Virus record (IMG/VR): IMGVR_UViG_3300048851_000202
Span: 1-39,432 of that record
Length of the DNA: 39,432 bases
Reading direction: 5' to 3' (one strand)
DNA from: a virus
Taxonomy: Duplodnaviria > Caudoviricetes
Below, piece by piece: positions 1 through 7,344 of this stretch; the stretch's first letter is position 1, and every line of letters begins with the position of its first letter. A program made the translations under genes and the position numbers. The notes beneath the pieces were generated by a model, which was not told the DNA's origin, searched no databases, and saw only the letters and a list, made by a program, of their open reading frames with translations.

Positions 1-282
1 GTGAACCTCGCGCAGACCGTCCCGGGCGGCATGTCCCGGCTGCGCGCCGCCGTCCCCCTGCTCAACGCGCGCGAGGTCCCGCCGGGCGTGCACCACGACG
101 TCGACCGTCCGCTCCCCGTGACCGTGACCCTGCGGTGGGCCACGGGGACGGAGCGGCTCGACACAGTGGCCGTCGAGTGGACCGCGACGCTCGTGCGCGT
201 GCGGATCGTCGACCTGCGGGTGATGACCGGCGCCGTGTGGGTGCCGGCGTCCGACGTCCACCGGCGGTCGCCCGTGGGCTGA
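1..282 (+). CDS. hypothetical protein (may be 5'-truncated by the window edge)
   Basis: 93-aa ORF with mostly G/C third positions and normal composition; lies outside the att-like repeats. Confidence 0.55.
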   Translation: MNLAQTVPGGMSRLRAAVPLLNAREVPPGVHHDVDRPLPVTVTLRWATGTERLDTVAVEWTATLVRVRIVDLRVMTGAVWVPASDVHRRSPVG

Positions 283-523
283 GGCGCTAGCGCCGCAGGT
301 CCGGGTCCGCCGTCGGGCGGCATGCCACCCCGAGCCCGCTGACCAGCACCGCCGCTGCGTGCGAGACGTGGAGCGTGGAGCGCGCGGCCGTCCGCACGCG
401 ATGCAGGATCGCTCCCGACGACGATGCGCCGGACACGGGCAGGTGTGGCGCTGCAGCGATCATGCCTTCGGAGGTCACGGCCGCCGGTCGGCCCGCGCAC
501 ATGCCCCTGTGGGCAGCTCGTGC

Positions 524-549
524 GCGGATGAACGGGCCGGTACGCCGGG
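524..549 (-). repeat. degenerate copy of rnpB 3' end; outer att site of an older element
   Basis: gcggatgaacgggccggtacgccggg matches 2634-2659 at 24/26 nt as a direct repeat. Confidence 0.7.
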
Positions 550-846
550 GGCGAGTGGAGATCTTTGCCACCGCCCCCGTCGAACCAGTCGACGCGCTCC
601 GGTCCCTGTCCACTCGCGGTCGACGATGACGGGCTCATCCCCAGCCGAGGGCAGGAAGGGACGTGTCGCGCTCCGGGCAGCCCTGCCCGCCTTCGTCGTG
701 CCCGTCGACGCCGACCAGGGGCTGTGGACGCCGACCGGTGCCTTTGGCGCCGCGCAGGACCCCGGCACCGGACGCCGTGCCGCCAGATCACCGGCCCGCT
801 CGACGGGGCCCACAATGCCGCCGACGCGGATCATGGGCCCCGTCGC

Positions 847-999
847 TCAGTGACCGCAGGCGATCGGTTCAGCCCCGATGGCCGCAGCGCGATCCGGTGA
901 CACAACGACACCCGCGGCCGCCGTGAGCGCGACGGCCACCGCACCGCCAAGAACACCCCTCCGCGACACTCCGTCCCGGATGTCCGATTTGTCCGACAT
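847..999 (-). pseudogene. truncated Tat-exported protein (signal peptide plus ~10 aa)
   Basis: GGTGGAGAG upstream of ATG; MSDKSDIRDGVSRRGVLGGAVAVALTAAAGVVVSPDRAAA has an S-R-R-x-V-L twin-arginine motif, an h-region and an AxA site, then stops. Confidence 0.5.
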
Positions 1000-1130
1000 T
1001 CTCTCCACCCCCTTGATGCGACGCAGACGAGCGCCATCGTGGCACGGCGACCCGACCACAACAACCCCTTCCTTCAAGCAGCACTTCGTGCAATGCTCCA
1101 TCGAACTTGCCGTTCAACAAGCGAGGGGGC

Positions 1131-1796
1131 ATGGCAACTTCAGAGAACGGGTGGAACCTCGTCCCGGCGGGGTCCTCAAGCCTGCAGTCCATACCGGGCC
1201 TTCCTGACAACCCCATCGTCCTAGGCGGAGCCGTCGCGACCGTTCTGGCGTATGTAGCTCGACAGTTCAATGCCCGGGTGGAACTGCTGACCAGCACGAG
1301 CTCCCATCGTCCCGGAGCTCTCATCGAGGGCACGAGTACGTACTCCAACCACGCTAGTGCGACCGCCATCGATCTCAACGGCGGACGACACCCGTACTAC
1401 GTCCCGGTAGCAGAGACCTTCACCACCGCCCAGGTCGCGACGATCCGTCAGATCCTTTCCGAGTGCGCCGGCGTAATCCGCTGGGGCGGGGATTTCCCAG
1501 CCAGCCGCGTGGACGGCATGCACTTCGAGATATACGCATCAGCGGAGCTCGTTGCGCTCGCAGCAGCCCGCCTCAGTGGAACTCTCCCGCCCGTCGACCA
1601 GGAGGACGACATGCTCGCGCTCGCACGACTTTCCAACAGCCCAGCGGTTTACGTCGGAAACGGCATGACCAGGCGTCACGTGGCGACGTCAGCTGAGCTC
1701 GCAGACATTCAGTCGATGATCCGGCTCGGGGTGCTCAAGGGCGACCCCGAGGTCCATGTCGTCGCGAGCATCGCTTGGCTCGGCCAGGAAGTCTGA
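1131..1796 (+). CDS. M15-family zinc peptidase, endolysin-like (L-Ala-D-Glu peptidase type)
   Basis: motifs SENGW, SNHASATAIDLN, IRWGGDF, DGMHFE; GAGGGGG before ATG 1131. Confidence 0.85.
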   Translation: MATSENGWNLVPAGSSSLQSIPGLPDNPIVLGGAVATVLAYVARQFNARVELLTSTSSHRPGALIEGTSTYSNHASATAIDLNGGRHPYYVPVAETFTTAQVATIRQILSECAGVIRWGGDFPASRVDGMHFEIYASAELVALAAARLSGTLPPVDQEDDMLALARLSNSPAVYVGNGMTRRHVATSAELADIQSMIRLGVLKGDPEVHVVASIAWLGQEV

Positions 1797-1803
1797 GCGA
1801 CGG

Positions 1804-1855
1804 AACGACGAATTGCCTCCGTCCTCCTCCGGGAGGGCGGGGGCGCTTCGTCGTT
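1804..1855 (+). terminator. intrinsic terminator-like hairpin after the M15 peptidase
   Basis: aacgacgaa..gcctccgtcctcc-tccg-ggagggcgggggc..ttcgtcgtt stem-loop; homologous to 39026-39065. Confidence 0.7.
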
Positions 1856-2239
1856 CTACAGAGGTCACGCACCCGCAGCTCGAGGCCGCGGTCACCGTTC
1901 AGGCACTCGACCCCTTGCTCCGGAGCATCTTCCTGCTGGGGTCGTTCCTTCGATGCGCGAGCCGGCAGTCCGTCGCTACGGCCCAGACCAGGAACTCGTC
2001 TTCGCCCACGAACCCGTGGTGCACCGGCCCGGGCAACGCGTGGGAGTCGGTGCCCGACGGGAGAGCACTTCCCTTGGCACCGGCGGCTCCCGCCGCGACA
2101 ATGTGACGGCTCCTCGTACTTCCAGTCCGGGGTGATGCCGTCCCCGGTGCGGGTCGTCGCTCTTGCTTCCCCGAGTCGGCGCAGATGAACTGGCGCAGTG
2201 CCTGTCGGCGCTTTCGTCCAGCGCTACGCCAGATGACCG

Positions 2240-2641
2240 GTGGCACGCGTGTGCGCAAGCCCCTGGCGGCCGGCAGCCGCCCGACCCTGCGGACCGCCGT
2301 TCACGACGGCTACCGGTGGCGGCGTGAGGCCCTCGACCTGGGGCGAGACGTGGCGTCCCGCCGTCGCGGTGGCAGCGACGGAGGGCGCAGTCATCCACGC
2401 CCTGCGCCACTACTACGCCTCGCTGCTCATGCGTCGTCGCGAGTCGATCAAGACCCTGCGGGAGCGTCTGAGCTGCGCATCCGCGGTCGAGACGCTGGAC
2501 ACCTGCAGTCACCTGTGACCGGACCCTGGCGACCGGACCAGGGGCGCGGAGGACGCGGCCCCCGGTACCCCCGCGGACTCCCTGCGGGGTGAGCAGGGGG
2601 CGGCTGGGAGCCTCGCTTGTCGTGCTCGTCGATGCGGATGA
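2240..2641 (+). pseudogene. tyrosine integrase C-terminal remnant
   Basis: HALRHYYASLL..ESIKTLRERLSCASAVETLDTCSHL*PDPGDRTR: HxLRH kept, LGH changed to LSC, catalytic Tyr to Cys, Trp to TGA; parallels the intact integrase end TLRTYAHLWPDDDDRMR. Confidence 0.85.
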
Positions 2642-2661
2642 GCTGGCCGGTACGCCGGGTT
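2634..2661 (-). repeat. rnpB: att core: displaced 3' fragment of RNase P RNA gene
   Basis: minus strand AACCCGGCGTACCGGCCAGCTCATCCGC fits the actinobacterial rnpB terminus (CR-V/P4 AGAACCCGGCNUA followed by the P1 3' strand); 54 bp past the integrase stop. Confidence 0.75.
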
Positions 2662-2699
2662 ACGGCAGCGGCCGCCCTGACCAGCACGAACACCGCGCC

Positions 2700-2717
2700 G
2701 GGGGCTGGTCGGGGGCT
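2700..2717. promoter_or_regulatory. putative integrase arm-type binding repeats
   Basis: GGGGGCT-N4-GGGGGCT (11-bp period) between integrase stop and att; the remnant has an analogous GCGGACT-N4-GCGGGGT at 2573-2590. Confidence 0.4.
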
Positions 2718-3840
2718 ACGCGGCGTCCGGCAGGATGATCAGGCCGTCCGTCGCATCGCGCATCCGGTCGTCGTCGTCCGGCCACAGGTGCGCGTACGTG
2801 CGCAGCGTCTCCGTCGGGTCCTTGTGTCCCAGCCGGTGCGCGACGGCGCGCGGTGACGACCCTCGGGCGATGAGCAGCGAGGCGTGGAAGTGGCGCAGCT
2901 CGTGCCACCCGGTGCCCTCCGGCAGGCCCACCTTCGCCGCGGCGGCGCGCCAGGCCGTCGACGCCATGCCGCGCGTGATCGCCTGCCCCTTGCCCGTGGT
3001 GAGCACCAGCCCGCCGTCAAGGGGTCCCAGCGCCTCGAGCGTCGCCTTCCCGATCGACAGGGTCCGCACCGACGACTCGGTCTTCAGCGGCCCCCACTCC
3101 GGCCGGCCCGAGTTCCGTGTCACCCGCTGCCGGTCGATGCGCAGACGCGCGCCGGCCTCCGCCTGGAACACCCGGTCACCCGTCAGCCCGCGCGCCTCCG
3201 CGGAGCGCAGCCCGGACGCCGCGATGAGCACCGCCATCGGGCGGTACGGCCGCCAGAGCGCGTTCGTGAGGTCCTGCACCTTCTGCACGGTCATCGGCAC
3301 GACGGACGGCCGGTCCACGGGCGGCAGGTTGATCCGCCGGCACGGGGTCGCGGCGATCCGTCGCTCGTCCACGGCCAGGGCGCAGATCCCCGCCAGGTAC
3401 ACGTACGCGACGCGCACCGTCGAGCCCGCGAGCTCGCCCGCCCACGCCGTCACGGCGTCCTGCACGGCGGCGCGGTCGAGGTCGGCGAGTCGCGTCGTGC
3501 CGAGCGCCGGCAGGATCGTGCGGTCCAGGCGACGCCGCACGGCGTCCAACGAGCTCGCACGCTGGTGGACCTGCTGGCGGTACCAGCGGTCCGCCATCTC
3601 GGCGACGGTGATGGCTCCGCGCTCCGGGGACACGTACGTGCCGGCGCGCTGACTGGCGCCCACGTCCTCAAGGTGTGCTTGCGCGGCGTCCTTCGTCGGG
3701 AACGACCGTCGGCGCCGGGTGCCGTCCGGCTCGGACCAAGTCGCCCGCCAGCGCAGGCCCTGCCCGTACCGGTCGGTCCGCACCCGCTTGCGGCCGCCGG
3801 CCGGGTCGGCTGCCGTCCAGCGATCCTCGATGTTGGCCAC
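2716..3840 (-). CDS. int: tyrosine recombinase / phage integrase
   Basis: N-terminal arm-binding region (WRATWSEPDGTRRRRSF), SGLRSAE, KT, HELRHFHAS, LGH, TLRTY catalytic residues. Confidence 0.97.
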   Translation of the reverse strand: MANIEDRWTAADPAGGRKRVRTDRYGQGLRWRATWSEPDGTRRRRSFPTKDAAQAHLEDVGASQRAGTYVSPERGAITVAEMADRWYRQQVHQRASSLDAVRRRLDRTILPALGTTRLADLDRAAVQDAVTAWAGELAGSTVRVAYVYLAGICALAVDERRIAATPCRRINLPPVDRPSVVPMTVQKVQDLTNALWRPYRPMAVLIAASGLRSAEARGLTGDRVFQAEAGARLRIDRQRVTRNSGRPEWGPLKTESSVRTLSIGKATLEALGPLDGGLVLTTGKGQAITRGMASTAWRAAAAKVGLPEGTGWHELRHFHASLLIARGSSPRAVAHRLGHKDPTETLRTYAHLWPDDDDRMRDATDGLIILPDAA

Positions 3841-3849
3841 GTCAGGTCG

Positions 3850-4407
3850 TCACGAGGCGCGTTCGGGGCAGGCGCGCGCGAACGCGGCGTTCTTGTACGC
3901 CTTGATCGCGTCGTCCTGCTCGACCGTTCGGGCGTCACGGTCGGCCGGGAACCCGAGCTGCGGCGCGAGCGCGTCGTTCAGCTCGAGGTTCGTCAGCTCG
4001 GCGTCGGCGGCGCACAGGCCCTCATCGGTGGTCAGGTCGAGGGCGGCATCCAGGGTCGGTGCCGCGGTGACCGTCGTGTCGGTACCCACGTACACGGTGA
4101 CCTCGCGGTCCGAACGGACGTCGGTACCGGCCTTCGGGTAGGTCTCGACGACGAGCGACGTGCGCGCGTCGTCGTCGTCGACCGCCTTGCCGTCCGAGGT
4201 CGCCACGAAGCGGACCGTCATGTCGACCTGCTCGATCGTCTCGGCGGCCTCCGCGCCGAGCATCCCGGAAACGTCCGGCACCTGGTCCACGCGGGCCGAG
4301 GCGGACGACGCGGGTGCGCTCGGCTCGTCCGCGGGTGCCGACGTGCACCCGGCGAGTCCCAGGACAAGGGCAGCCGCGGCGAGGGCGGCGGTACGGCGGT
4401 GGCTCAT
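3850..4407 (-). CDS. lipoprotein with PASTA-like domain (possible superinfection-exclusion factor)
   Basis: lipobox LAGC after a basic and hydrophobic signal; VPDVSGMLGAEAAETIEQ..VVETYPKAGT..VTVYV PASTA-like pattern. Confidence 0.75.
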   Translation of the reverse strand: MSHRRTAALAAAALVLGLAGCTSAPADEPSAPASSASARVDQVPDVSGMLGAEAAETIEQVDMTVRFVATSDGKAVDDDDARTSLVVETYPKAGTDVRSDREVTVYVGTDTTVTAAPTLDAALDLTTDEGLCAADAELTNLELNDALAPQLGFPADRDARTVEQDDAIKAYKNAAFARACPERAS

Positions 4408-4409
4408 GG

Positions 4410-4649
4410 TCACTCCCCTGCGTGGCCCCGGCGCCGGCCGGCGCGGAGCGTTCGGTCGAAGCGGCCCATCGCCGCAGGTGCATGCTCCCAGGCGGCGGGC
4501 ACCTGCAGCAGGCGCACGACACGCTGGTAGTGCCGGGTCGGCGTGGTGCCGAGCTCGCGGCGGATCGCGTCCTCCTTCGTCCCGGCGTGCTTCCAGAACC
4601 GCGCCTCCAGGTCGAGGGCGGCCCGGTCGTCGTCGGTCAGGGTGGTCAT
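4410..4649 (-). CDS. DUF3263-family protein
   Basis: LTDDDRAALDLEARFWKHAGTKEDAIRRELGTTPTRHYQRVVRLL signature; 4-bp overlap with the immA stop. Confidence 0.85.
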   Translation of the reverse strand: MTTLTDDDRAALDLEARFWKHAGTKEDAIRRELGTTPTRHYQRVVRLLQVPAAWEHAPAAMGRFDRTLRAGRRRGHAGE

Positions 4650-5059
4650 CGGGGCTCCAGTTCCAGGTACAGCTGCAGCAGCTGGGCGGTCTCGTCGTCG
4701 GTGAGGTGGTCGATGCGATCGCGCAGGACGTCGGTGGTGACCCACAGCTCGTCAGCGACCTCGTGCAGGTTGTCCGCCCACCGGTACGCCGCCAGGAGCG
4801 CAGGCATCTCCACGAGCCGCCGGGCGGTCTCGGCGCGGACAGTGCGCTCTTCGTGGTTGCTGCAGCCGTCCACGTGCCCGTACTCGACGTGCAGCTGCTC
4901 GTGGGTGATGGCGCAGCGGCGTTGCACCTGCGACTGCCGGGGGTCCATGAAGATGCGCCGCCGGCCGTCGGTCGCGGCGAGGCGCCCGGGCGGCTGCGGG
5001 GTCCAGATCACCTCGAGGTTCGACTGCGCGCGCAGTCGGCGCCAGGGGTGGAAGGTCAC
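4646..5059 (-). CDS. ImmA/IrrE-family metallo-endopeptidase (anti-repressor)
   Basis: FHPWRRLR N-terminus, RCAITHEQLH (HExxH), EERTV, VADELWVT; GTG 5059 lies just downstream of a -10 box. Confidence 0.9.
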   Translation of the reverse strand: MTFHPWRRLRAQSNLEVIWTPQPPGRLAATDGRRRIFMDPRQSQVQRRCAITHEQLHVEYGHVDGCSNHEERTVRAETARRLVEMPALLAAYRWADNLHEVADELWVTTDVLRDRIDHLTDDETAQLLQLYLELEPR

Positions 5060-5067
5060 GGTCGGGG

Positions 5068-5089
5068 ACGGTAGCCCGAGGCACCGACA
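5068..5089 (-). promoter_or_regulatory. PafBC/RecA-NDp-type DNA-damage promoter for immA
   Basis: TGTCGG-tgcctcgggc-TA-ccg-T matches TGTCGG-N10-TA-N3-T exactly, 8 nt before GTG. Confidence 0.75.
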
Positions 5090-5117
5090 CGCCTCACCCG
5101 AATGACGGATCACGCAC

Positions 5118-5248
5118 GTGCGTTCCCGCAGGTCATGACGGGTATGACGCGACCCGGCCCCTTATCAGCCCCTCGCGCGGGCGCGCATGCACACGGGAGG
5201 TGCAAAGGGGTCGACGAGCCGGACACGTCATGACCTGCGGGAACGCAC
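5118..5248. repeat. perfect 23-bp inverted repeat with 85-bp spacer
   Basis: gtgcgttcccgcaggtcatgacg (5118-5140) is the reverse complement of 5226-5248. Confidence 0.9.
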
Positions 5249-5268
5249 CACAGGATGTGTCATGGTGC

Positions 5269-5787
5269 TCAGGCGGGGTCGTCGTGCCCCGGGTCCTGGC
5301 TGTGCTCCCCCGTGCTGTCACGCTCCGCGTACGCCGGTGTGCCCGGCATGGCGGCGAGGGCTACCTCGTCCTTGGCTAGCTCCGCCGACTCGCCGCCGAC
5401 CACGATCGCCGGGCCGTGCGGGGACGGGTAGACGAAGTCCGGCCCTGATCGGTGTCGGCGCGTGAGGACTCGGGCGACGCCGAGGAGCGCGCGCTGCTCG
5501 TCCTCAGGCAGGTCGTCCAGGCCTGGGGGCAGGAGCTGCTCTACGAGCCCACCGGGCGTGCCGGTGTCGAGGCCGAGGGACTCGGCCGCGGCGAGCACGA
5601 CCGTGCGCTGGGTGACGCCGAGGGCGCCGGCGATGGATCGGATGGTGGGCGGGTCCGGGAAGTTCCGGATCGGGCTGGTGGCGAGTTGTTGCCACCGCTG
5701 CCGTCCAGGCGTCCCGCCGGCGTCGCGCGCCAGGTCGTCATAGCTGCGGTCTCCCTTGGTCGAGCGGATCAGTTCCGCGAGGTCCAT
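5269..5787 (-). CDS. immunity repressor (XRE-like HTH)
   Basis: RSYDDLARDAGG..WQQL..FPDPPTIRSIAGALGV..VVLAAAESLGL; divergent from the cro-like gene. Confidence 0.85.
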   Translation of the reverse strand: MDLAELIRSTKGDRSYDDLARDAGGTPGRQRWQQLATSPIRNFPDPPTIRSIAGALGVTQRTVVLAAAESLGLDTGTPGGLVEQLLPPGLDDLPEDEQRALLGVARVLTRRHRSGPDFVYPSPHGPAIVVGGESAELAKDEVALAAMPGTPAYAERDSTGEHSQDPGHDDPA

Positions 5788-5830
5788 GACCGCACCCTCT
5801 CGACGCGTGGCGGGACGCCACAACCTGCAC

Positions 5831-6010
5831 GCACTGGTAGGCGCCTACCAGTGCTGGACGCTCAACCGTAGCCGGAGTGCCTACTAAGAACCAGGCCGTG
5901 ACCTGCGGTTCCGCACCACGAACGGAAGAAGTTGCCAGCAGGGGGTTGCGCTGGTGCCTATCAGTGGTGCACTCTCATGCCTACCAGTTCTTGACAGTAG
6001 GCACCTACCA
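5831..6010. promoter_or_regulatory. repressor/Cro operator region with rightward -35 box
   Basis: perfect 24-bp palindrome 5831-5854; GCCTACCAGT half-site copies at 5956 (1 mismatch) and 5979; imperfect palindrome 5997-6008; TTGACA at 5991-5996. Confidence 0.75.
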
Positions 6011-6022
6011 CCGGGAGGATCG

Positions 6023-6358
6023 ATGCACACCGTCACGCGGCTCCGACGCCGCTGGCCGAAGGGAACCTGGATGCGCCTGAAGAGCCCCGAGCTCCTGCGA
6101 GCGTTCGTCGGCGACCCGCTGAAGGACGCCTCCAAGCGCATGTCCGGCCGCCAGCTCGCCAAGTACGTCGACGTGCACCCCAGCTTCATCGACCACCTGC
6201 TCGCCGGCCGTCGCACCTCGTGCGAGCCCGGTACCGCCGAGCGCATCGCGGAGGTCCTCGGGGTCCCCCTGAACGTCCTCTTCGACCCCAAGGTGCCCAC
6301 CACTGCGCGGCAGACCGTCCAGCACTCCGCGCACAACACGCTCACCCGGGCCGCCTGA
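6023..6358 (+). CDS. Cro-like HTH regulator
   Basis: MSGRQLAKYVDVHPSFIDHLLAGRRTSC..AERIAEVLGV XRE HTH; GGGAGG upstream. Confidence 0.85.
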   Translation: MHTVTRLRRRWPKGTWMRLKSPELLRAFVGDPLKDASKRMSGRQLAKYVDVHPSFIDHLLAGRRTSCEPGTAERIAEVLGVPLNVLFDPKVPTTARQTVQHSAHNTLTRAA

Positions 6359-6564
6359 TGGCCGCGCCGCTGACCGTGCACGAGGCCGCCGAGGCGCTCG
6401 GCCAGGACGTGCAGACCGTCCGCGAGCTTGCCCGCCGGGGCGACCTGCGCGGGTTCAAGACGGGCCGCGGCGGCAAGACGTCCGCCTGGCGGTTCCGGCA
6501 GTCCGCGGTGGACGAGTTCATCGCCATGCGTGAGGCGGCGGTCCGCAGGGGCCGCGCCGCCTGA
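6358..6564 (+). CDS. excisionase-like HTH (HTH_17/MerR-like)
   Basis: LTVHEAAEALG..TVRELARRGDLRGFK..WRFRQSAVDEF; TGATG coupling to cro. Confidence 0.85.
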   Translation: MAAPLTVHEAAEALGQDVQTVRELARRGDLRGFKTGRGGKTSAWRFRQSAVDEFIAMREAAVRRGRAA

Positions 6565-6652
6565 CCCAGCACCGCCCCCGGACACGACGAAGGCCGGCCC
6601 CCGCGGACACGAGTACCGGCCTACGTCGATCGAAACGACAGGAGCAGCATCC

Positions 6653-7015
6653 ATGAGCACCACCATCACCGTCCAGCCGGGGCAGCCCGGGATGGGCATG
6701 GACTACGACGTCCGCCAGCCGTTGCCGTACCCGTTCCACATCGACGCCGACACCGGCCGGTGCGTTCGCGGCCGCGGCACCGCCGACCTCGGCGAGGCGC
6801 CCGAGGACCAGCCGTGGGGCCTGGTGGGCTTCCAGCGCGGCAACGTTCAGCGCCTCGTCCTCACCGTGGACGACTTCGTGCGCGACCCGCAGGCCGCCGT
6901 CGGCCTGGTGCCCGTGTTCGTCGGCAACGGCAGCATCTTCGCTCTCACGGTGCCGGTGACGGACGTGACCGACCACCGCCGTGACGACGGCCCGACCGCC
7001 TCGGACGCCGCCTGA
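6653..7015 (+). CDS. hypothetical phage protein
   Basis: AGGAG RBS, high GC3, TGATG coupling to the next gene. Confidence 0.75.
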   Translation: MSTTITVQPGQPGMGMDYDVRQPLPYPFHIDADTGRCVRGRGTADLGEAPEDQPWGLVGFQRGNVQRLVLTVDDFVRDPQAAVGLVPVFVGNGSIFALTVPVTDVTDHRRDDGPTASDAA

Positions 7016-7344
7016 TGGCCGCCGGGACGCTCGCCGTCGTCGTGGAGCAGGTCGTCGAGACCGCCACCACCTGGCAGCTGTGCGCGTGCGCGAACGCGCA
7101 CCACTCCCCCGACGACCGGGAGGAGCCGAAGGCGACCCGCGACGAGGCCGCCCGCGGGCTCCTGTACTACCCGGCCGGCACCGCGCACCTGCTGCGGGTC
7201 ACCGCCGTCACGGTCGCCGAGCCCCTCGACGACGCCCTCGACGTCTGCGAGGCGGACGCCGTCGAGTCCCTGCACGACGCGCGGCCGTACGACCCGTCCC
7301 AGGAGCACGACTACTTCCGCGACGACGAGTGGAGGACCGCGTGA
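7015..7344 (+). CDS. hypothetical phage protein
   Basis: coupled ORF with high GC3. Confidence 0.7.
   Translation: MAAGTLAVVVEQVVETATTWQLCACANAHHSPDDREEPKATRDEAARGLLYYPAGTAHLLRVTAVTVAEPLDDALDVCEADAVESLHDARPYDPSQEHDYFRDDEWRTA

Larger units (their letters stand above)
550..2633. mobile_element. decayed prophage/island remnant between two att-like repeats
   Basis: bounded by the 524-549 and 2634-2659 repeats; holds an endolysin-like M15 peptidase, a terminator homologous to the prophage lysis terminator, and an integrase pseudogene. Confidence 0.65.

Noticed and set aside
287-846. several overlapping ORFs left of the Tat fragment
   Set aside because: no consistent codon bias, RBS or recognisable motif; likely non-coding or decayed DNA around the outer att copy
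5269-5787. integration-dependent immunity (attP inside the repressor gene, BPs-type)
   Set aside because: the att site is distal to the integrase and about 2.6 kb from an intact repressor gene
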